Shown one piece after another: positions 59,412 to 64,000 of a DNA stretch of 64,000 nucleotides (positions within the stretch are counted from its first letter, which is position 1; every line of letters begins with the position of its first letter). Both the position numbers and the translations under genes were made by a program. The notes beneath the pieces were generated by a model. That model ran no database searches, was not told where the DNA came from, and was given only the letters and a program-made list of their open reading frames with translations. Source of the stretch: Eledone cirrhosa (lineage: Eukaryota). The DNA is taken from NCBI GenBank assembly GCA_964016885.1, contig OZ024741.1:35154001-35218000 (forward strand), given 5' to 3'.

Positions 59412-59727
59412 AGGCACATGGCTTAGTTGCCTTGCAATCGAAAGGTTGTGAGTTCAATTCTCAGACCGGGTGATGTGTTGTTTCCTTGCGCAAGACACTT
59501 TATTTCAGTTTTATCCAGTTTACTCAGCTGTAGAAATGAGATGATAGGACCCCTGCAAAGTGGTCGTGGAAGTGCCACGGCAAAAAAGCACCCAGCACTC
59601 ACTGTAAATGAGATTGGTGTTAGGAAGGGCATCCAGCTGTAGAAATCAAGCCAGAATCAGTTCCCGTCCCACCCTTGCAAGCAGGGAAAAGCGGACGTAA
59701 AATGATGATGATGATGATGATGATGAT
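59412..59727 (+). mobile_element. tRNA-headed SINE with an RTE-derived tail
   Basis: Same family as 22832-23170; (GAT)n tail. Confidence 0.82.
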
Positions 59728-59819
59728 ACAGAGAATGAGAGCATCCAAGATGCTATAATTTACCAATATAAACCATTACTTTATGAACACTGCATGGCAG
59801 AATGGATATATATATATAT

Positions 59820-60188
59820 GGAGAAGTTATAATTAATTTGTTGGGATTCCAACAAACTTAAATGTTTATAACTAATATAGAGCACTCAACAGAGAACTGG
59901 AGTAAATATTCAATATATTAATAAATGGAAACTATATTTATAAAACCATAATTATTTTATTATATATATTTCAAGGGCGACCAAGCCAATCTTGGTGCGC
60001 TTTCATCAGATAAAATACACAATTTGTTTTATAAATAGTGACATAACCATGGGAAACAACCTTGACGGTTGAAAATTCGCTGGAATTTTCAACCGTCAAG
60101 GCACCAAGATTGGCTTGGTCGCCCTTGAAATATATATAATAAAATAATTATGGTTTTATAAATATAGTTTCCATTTATTAATATATTG
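59820..60188. mobile_element. Short hammerhead-bearing fold-back (PLE pseudo-LTR derivative)
   Basis: Inverted arms 59911-59998 / 60101-60188, inner perfect hairpin 60060-60101, (TA)n on both sides. Confidence 0.7.
59955..60015 (-). ncRNA. Minimal type I hammerhead ribozyme
   Basis: UUUUAU-CUGAUGA-AAGcGCACCAAG(AUUGG)CUUGGUcGCcCUU-GAAA-UAUAU-AUA^-AUAAAA. Confidence 0.8.
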
Positions 60189-60219
<31 letters not shown>

Positions 60220-61984
60220 CATCATCATCATCACCGTTTAACATCCATTTTTTCCATGCTAGCATGGGTTAGACGGGTTGTCCCATTTGGGGTAAGTTGG
60301 GTCAGGTGACCGTGTCTTGCTGATACAGAACTGTTTCTGGCTTGGTGTCTATGGCTGGATGCTCTTCCTAACGCCAACCATATTTACAGTGGGTCTTTTT
60401 GTTGTGACATACACATACACATATATGTAATGATTTTATCAGCACCTTCAACAACCAGTCTCTGTAACATTCCATTAAAATATATGTATATATTATTAAG
60501 AAAAGTATATAGGGCCGTATGGTTAAGAAGTTTGCTTCACAATCATTAGGTCTCAGGTTCGATCTCATTGTGGGACATCTTGGACAAATGTTATCTACTA
60601 TTGCCTCAGGTTAACCCATGCCTTGTGAGTCAACTTGGATAGGCATAAATTGCTTGGAAGTTCGTTGGATGAACTGTATCTGTAATTAAAAGTGGCAGTC
60701 TTTAAAGGACTGCTCCACCACTTACACGTTAATTTCATGAGCAGACTGTTCCATTGATCAAACAACTCATCGCTGAAACCAACGAAGGTCCATCATCATT
60801 ATCGTTTAACGTCCATTTTCCATGATCGAACCAATGAATAAAAAGAAAAAAATACATAAAACTGATACTTGTTTTTTTTTTTAAGGGAAGTGGGGCACAC
60901 TCTAGCTGAATAAAAATGACGGGGTGGTTACGACTGGAACGTGTGTGATAGTAGATCCGTTGGCTGACATGGAACTTAACAAGAATATAAGTAGATATTT
61001 AAAATAGATATTTAATAGATAGATAAAAGAGATATTTAAACAAGCTTCAATCATTAGACTGCGGCCACGCTGGGGCAGTTTTGAAGAGATTCTAGTCGAC
61101 CATACCGACTTCCGCTACTTTTTCAAGTTTCCTATTTTATCGATATATTTTGTGGAACTGCTAGTTTATGCGACATGTATACGCACACATATATATGCAA
61201 CGGGTCTTCCGTACAGTTTCCGTCAACCAAATTTCATTCACAAAGCATTGGTCAACTTGAAGTTATCTTAAAAGACACTTTTCCACAGTACTACTTTTCC
61301 ACGGCAATTTCAGGCAGGTTGGTTATCAAAAGGGTTAATTCAAGAGAATGACTACAATGATTTGTTAAGTTATATGCCAAGAACAACAATGTGTGATTTC
61401 AGGCCGTCTAAGATACAAGTTGGTTGAGATGGCAGACACCTTTCACATTCAAATTCTTCTCCACAATATGTTTCTGATATGATTTAGCTCCACTAAATCG
61501 GCTCTGATCGAGCAGACTTTGAGCGAAGCATTCAGCCACGTCCACCTGTCTATTTTTTTAAAGTTATGATTAACTAATGTGACCCGAACTACATAATATT
61601 TGTTCTTTCTAAAAACAGTAAGGTGTAGTTTGAGGGATTTAATTGCTATTTCTAACAGCTCCTTCATGGGCCTGGGTTACAATGAAAATTTATAAAGAAA
61701 TCCACAATTGTTATTATACCGAAATAAACCATGTAAAATGAGATTACGTAAAAGCAAAGTTCACATTTTCCCACAAACAAATATGCTGACAATACAGATA
61801 GCTTAGAATTACAAAAACAAATGCCATAACTCAAAATTCAACACGGAAATATTACTTAATTACATAAATATTCACATGAAAATATAGAATCAAAACGAAA
61901 GAAACTATTAATTCAACACTAAGTATGTTAATCGGTCACATTTAGGAGTGTCTAAGCCTCGCTCTAATACTTTTTGAGGTAAGC

Positions 61985-62180
61985 TAACATACAGGCAACA
62001 TTAACGTGGTGATGATGCTAGGCGCTGGAACAACCAAGCACCCTCACGGGCATCACCTGAGATTTCGGTAAGGCAAGCCGACAACGATGACAAGAACTTC
62101 CTTGTCAGCGGCCCAGCTCCTCCAAACGCCTCGAACGTCACAGGCTGGAAAACATAGTTTGGCAATTTATCCCTGTGTGG
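61985..62180 (-). mobile_element. CRE-like (RLE) non-LTR C-terminal remnant
   Basis: YVFQPVTFEAFGGAGP...EISGDAREGAWLFQRL. Confidence 0.6.
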
Positions 62181-62398
62181 TCAAACGGCAGATAAAGTGA
62201 AGCTTTCAGAATAATTCACTCATATTATTACTGGAAACGTAAGCCAAGCGGATCCAAAGACCCAGTCTTCGTTGAAGTGATAGTTCGAAACATGCGATCA
62301 AAAACAAAATATCCCAGATATAAGTTATTAATACTATTTCAAATAATCAATACATTTAACATACAATTTACGAAGTCAACATGAAGAAATATACTCAC

Positions 62399-62460
62399 TC
62401 AATACTCGGTAAGCCTGGCAAAACTTCTGGAAGATAGAATGGATACAAAAAACAGTTAAA
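62399..62460 (-). other. Candidate non-coding 5' exon of BLOC1S6 (upstream boundary unknown)
   Basis: Strong donor GA|GTGAGTA at 62398 on the minus strand, in apparently non-repetitive sequence upstream of the acceptor at 57506. Inference only. Confidence 0.35.
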
Positions 62461-63228
62461 GTGTTCAGGTTCAACTGTGTTTACACTTTTTGAACTGGAA
62501 CAACAAACTTGTCATTTCTATTTGTAATATTTAGGCTGCGATTTAAATAACTGTAAATTTATCTACAATCGAAGGATTGCATATAACTAGTTTATTAAAG
62601 TTATAATTCAATTGAATTCATTAAATCTTTAAAACTTCTCAGTCAACATCAATAAAGGGTGTGTTGGAAAAACATCAAATATGTTCATCCATTAACCACC
62701 CATTGACAAAAGTGAGATATTGAATTACACGTATAAAATGTCAGCACTGAATGAATAACAATTTTACATACCTTAATGTTTTAAAAATATAAGTCATACT
62801 TCATATAGTGTCCTCATTTGTAATAATAAGAGATAATAATAATATTTGATCGCCAATGGACGCCACTATATTTCTCAACAACTCAAACGAAAGTACTTCA
62901 GACTCGTTCAAGTCATGTGACCAGAGATCATAACGGAGTTATTTCCCTTTGTCTTTGGCGCATTCTGCTGTTGTTTAGCCTCGTTTATGTATAACTGGTC
63001 GAACTGACCTGTGATCCCGTGTTATTTTCAGAAATAGATATGTCTAAGACAACATTATCCCGTATATCCTTCTTTGTTTAAGATATTAAGATAGTATGGT
63101 GCGATTTCAGTGAGAATTAGCGGAGATTTCCAGCTTAATGCTAGCAAACTACAGTTTAATAGTGCTACCGCCCCCGAATTCCTTTCTTCATACCCTTCTT
63201 AATGACTTCTAGCATAGGCATAGGGCCA

Positions 63229-63263
<35 letters not shown>

Positions 63264-63382
63264 CATACATACACACACATATATATAGGTAGGTGTACTG
63301 GATTATCATGAACTTAGTACTTGACGGGTACTTTATTTTATCGACCCCAGAACTTTAAATGGTTACAATGAAATACTGCAGT

Positions 63383-63570
63383 AATAATTGTTCTACATTT
63401 GGCACAAGGCCAGCAATTACTCCAGTGTATTACTAGTACTTTATTTTATCGACCCCGTAAGGATGAAAGGCAAAGTTAACCTCGGCGGGATTTGAACTCA
63501 GTCGGTAAAGGGACGTAACTATGCTGGAAAGCATGGCGTCCGACCCTCTACCGATACTGCCAATCCACAT
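63383..63570 (-). mobile_element. Deu/Nin-core SINE
   Basis: Reverse-complement full unit. Confidence 0.8.
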
Positions 63571-63729
63571 AATGCAGCCATTCAACCGCCCTATATACTT
63601 TTCTTAATAATATATACACATTTTTTAATGGAATATTGCAGAGACACGTTTTTGAAGGTGCTGATAAAATCGAAATATATATATATATATATATACATTC
63701 ACTTTCATTTTATTGTCTGGATGTGTATA

Positions 63730-64000
63730 CAGTATAGCTTTATTAATCCTTCAACATGTATAAAAATATAATATAAGTCATTGAACAATAATGATAAAGG
63801 AAAGAAAAAAGAGCTGGGGGGAGGGGGGCAATTCACCACCAAGAGCGACAAACGGCCGCACCCCACATCTTAGGGGTGAACTACACTCTTTGAGGCAGGC
63901 CAACACACTCGCAGCATTGCCACGGGTGATAGCCAGGCTAAGGCGCTGAAATAAGCAGGTACCCACACGGGCATCACATGAGACCTCAGTAAGGCGAGCC
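63730..64000 (-). mobile_element. CRE-like (RLE) non-LTR 3' end, continues beyond the window
   Basis: LFQRLSLAITRGNAASVLAC; a related scrap lies at 58160-58225. Confidence 0.6.

Overview
AT-rich, repeat-dense animal genomic DNA; the SINE/LINE complement and very long (TA)n tracts suggest an octopus or other coleoid cephalopod (inference). Two spliced host genes, missed by the ORF track, were reconstructed by hand. TRAPPC5 (+, 7 coding exons, 21919-32510, 186 aa) has a U12-type intron 4. BLOC1S6/pallidin (-, 6 coding exons, 57455-34767, 209 aa) lies tail-to-tail with it. The rest is mostly mobile DNA: a Chapaev3/CMC DNA transposon with intact termini and TTA TSD, CR1/Jockey-group LINEs (one near full length), RTE LINE 3' ends, two SINE families, MITEs and RLE-type LINE scraps. 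The most notable signal is a set of Penelope-like (Naiad-type) pieces in (TA)n tracts carrying at least 7 minimal hammerhead ribozyme motifs. Three of these share stem I and a downstream bulged hairpin but have entirely different, still-pairing stem II sequences, and several sit in fold-back inversions that break at or near the ribozyme. The near-full-length LINE has a Myb/SANT-like + polyQ + CCCH ORF1, and an ORF2 with no ATG ahead of its first endonuclease motifs that overlaps ORF1 in the -1 frame across two canonical slippery heptamers. All family assignments come from motif recognition by eye; no database search was run.
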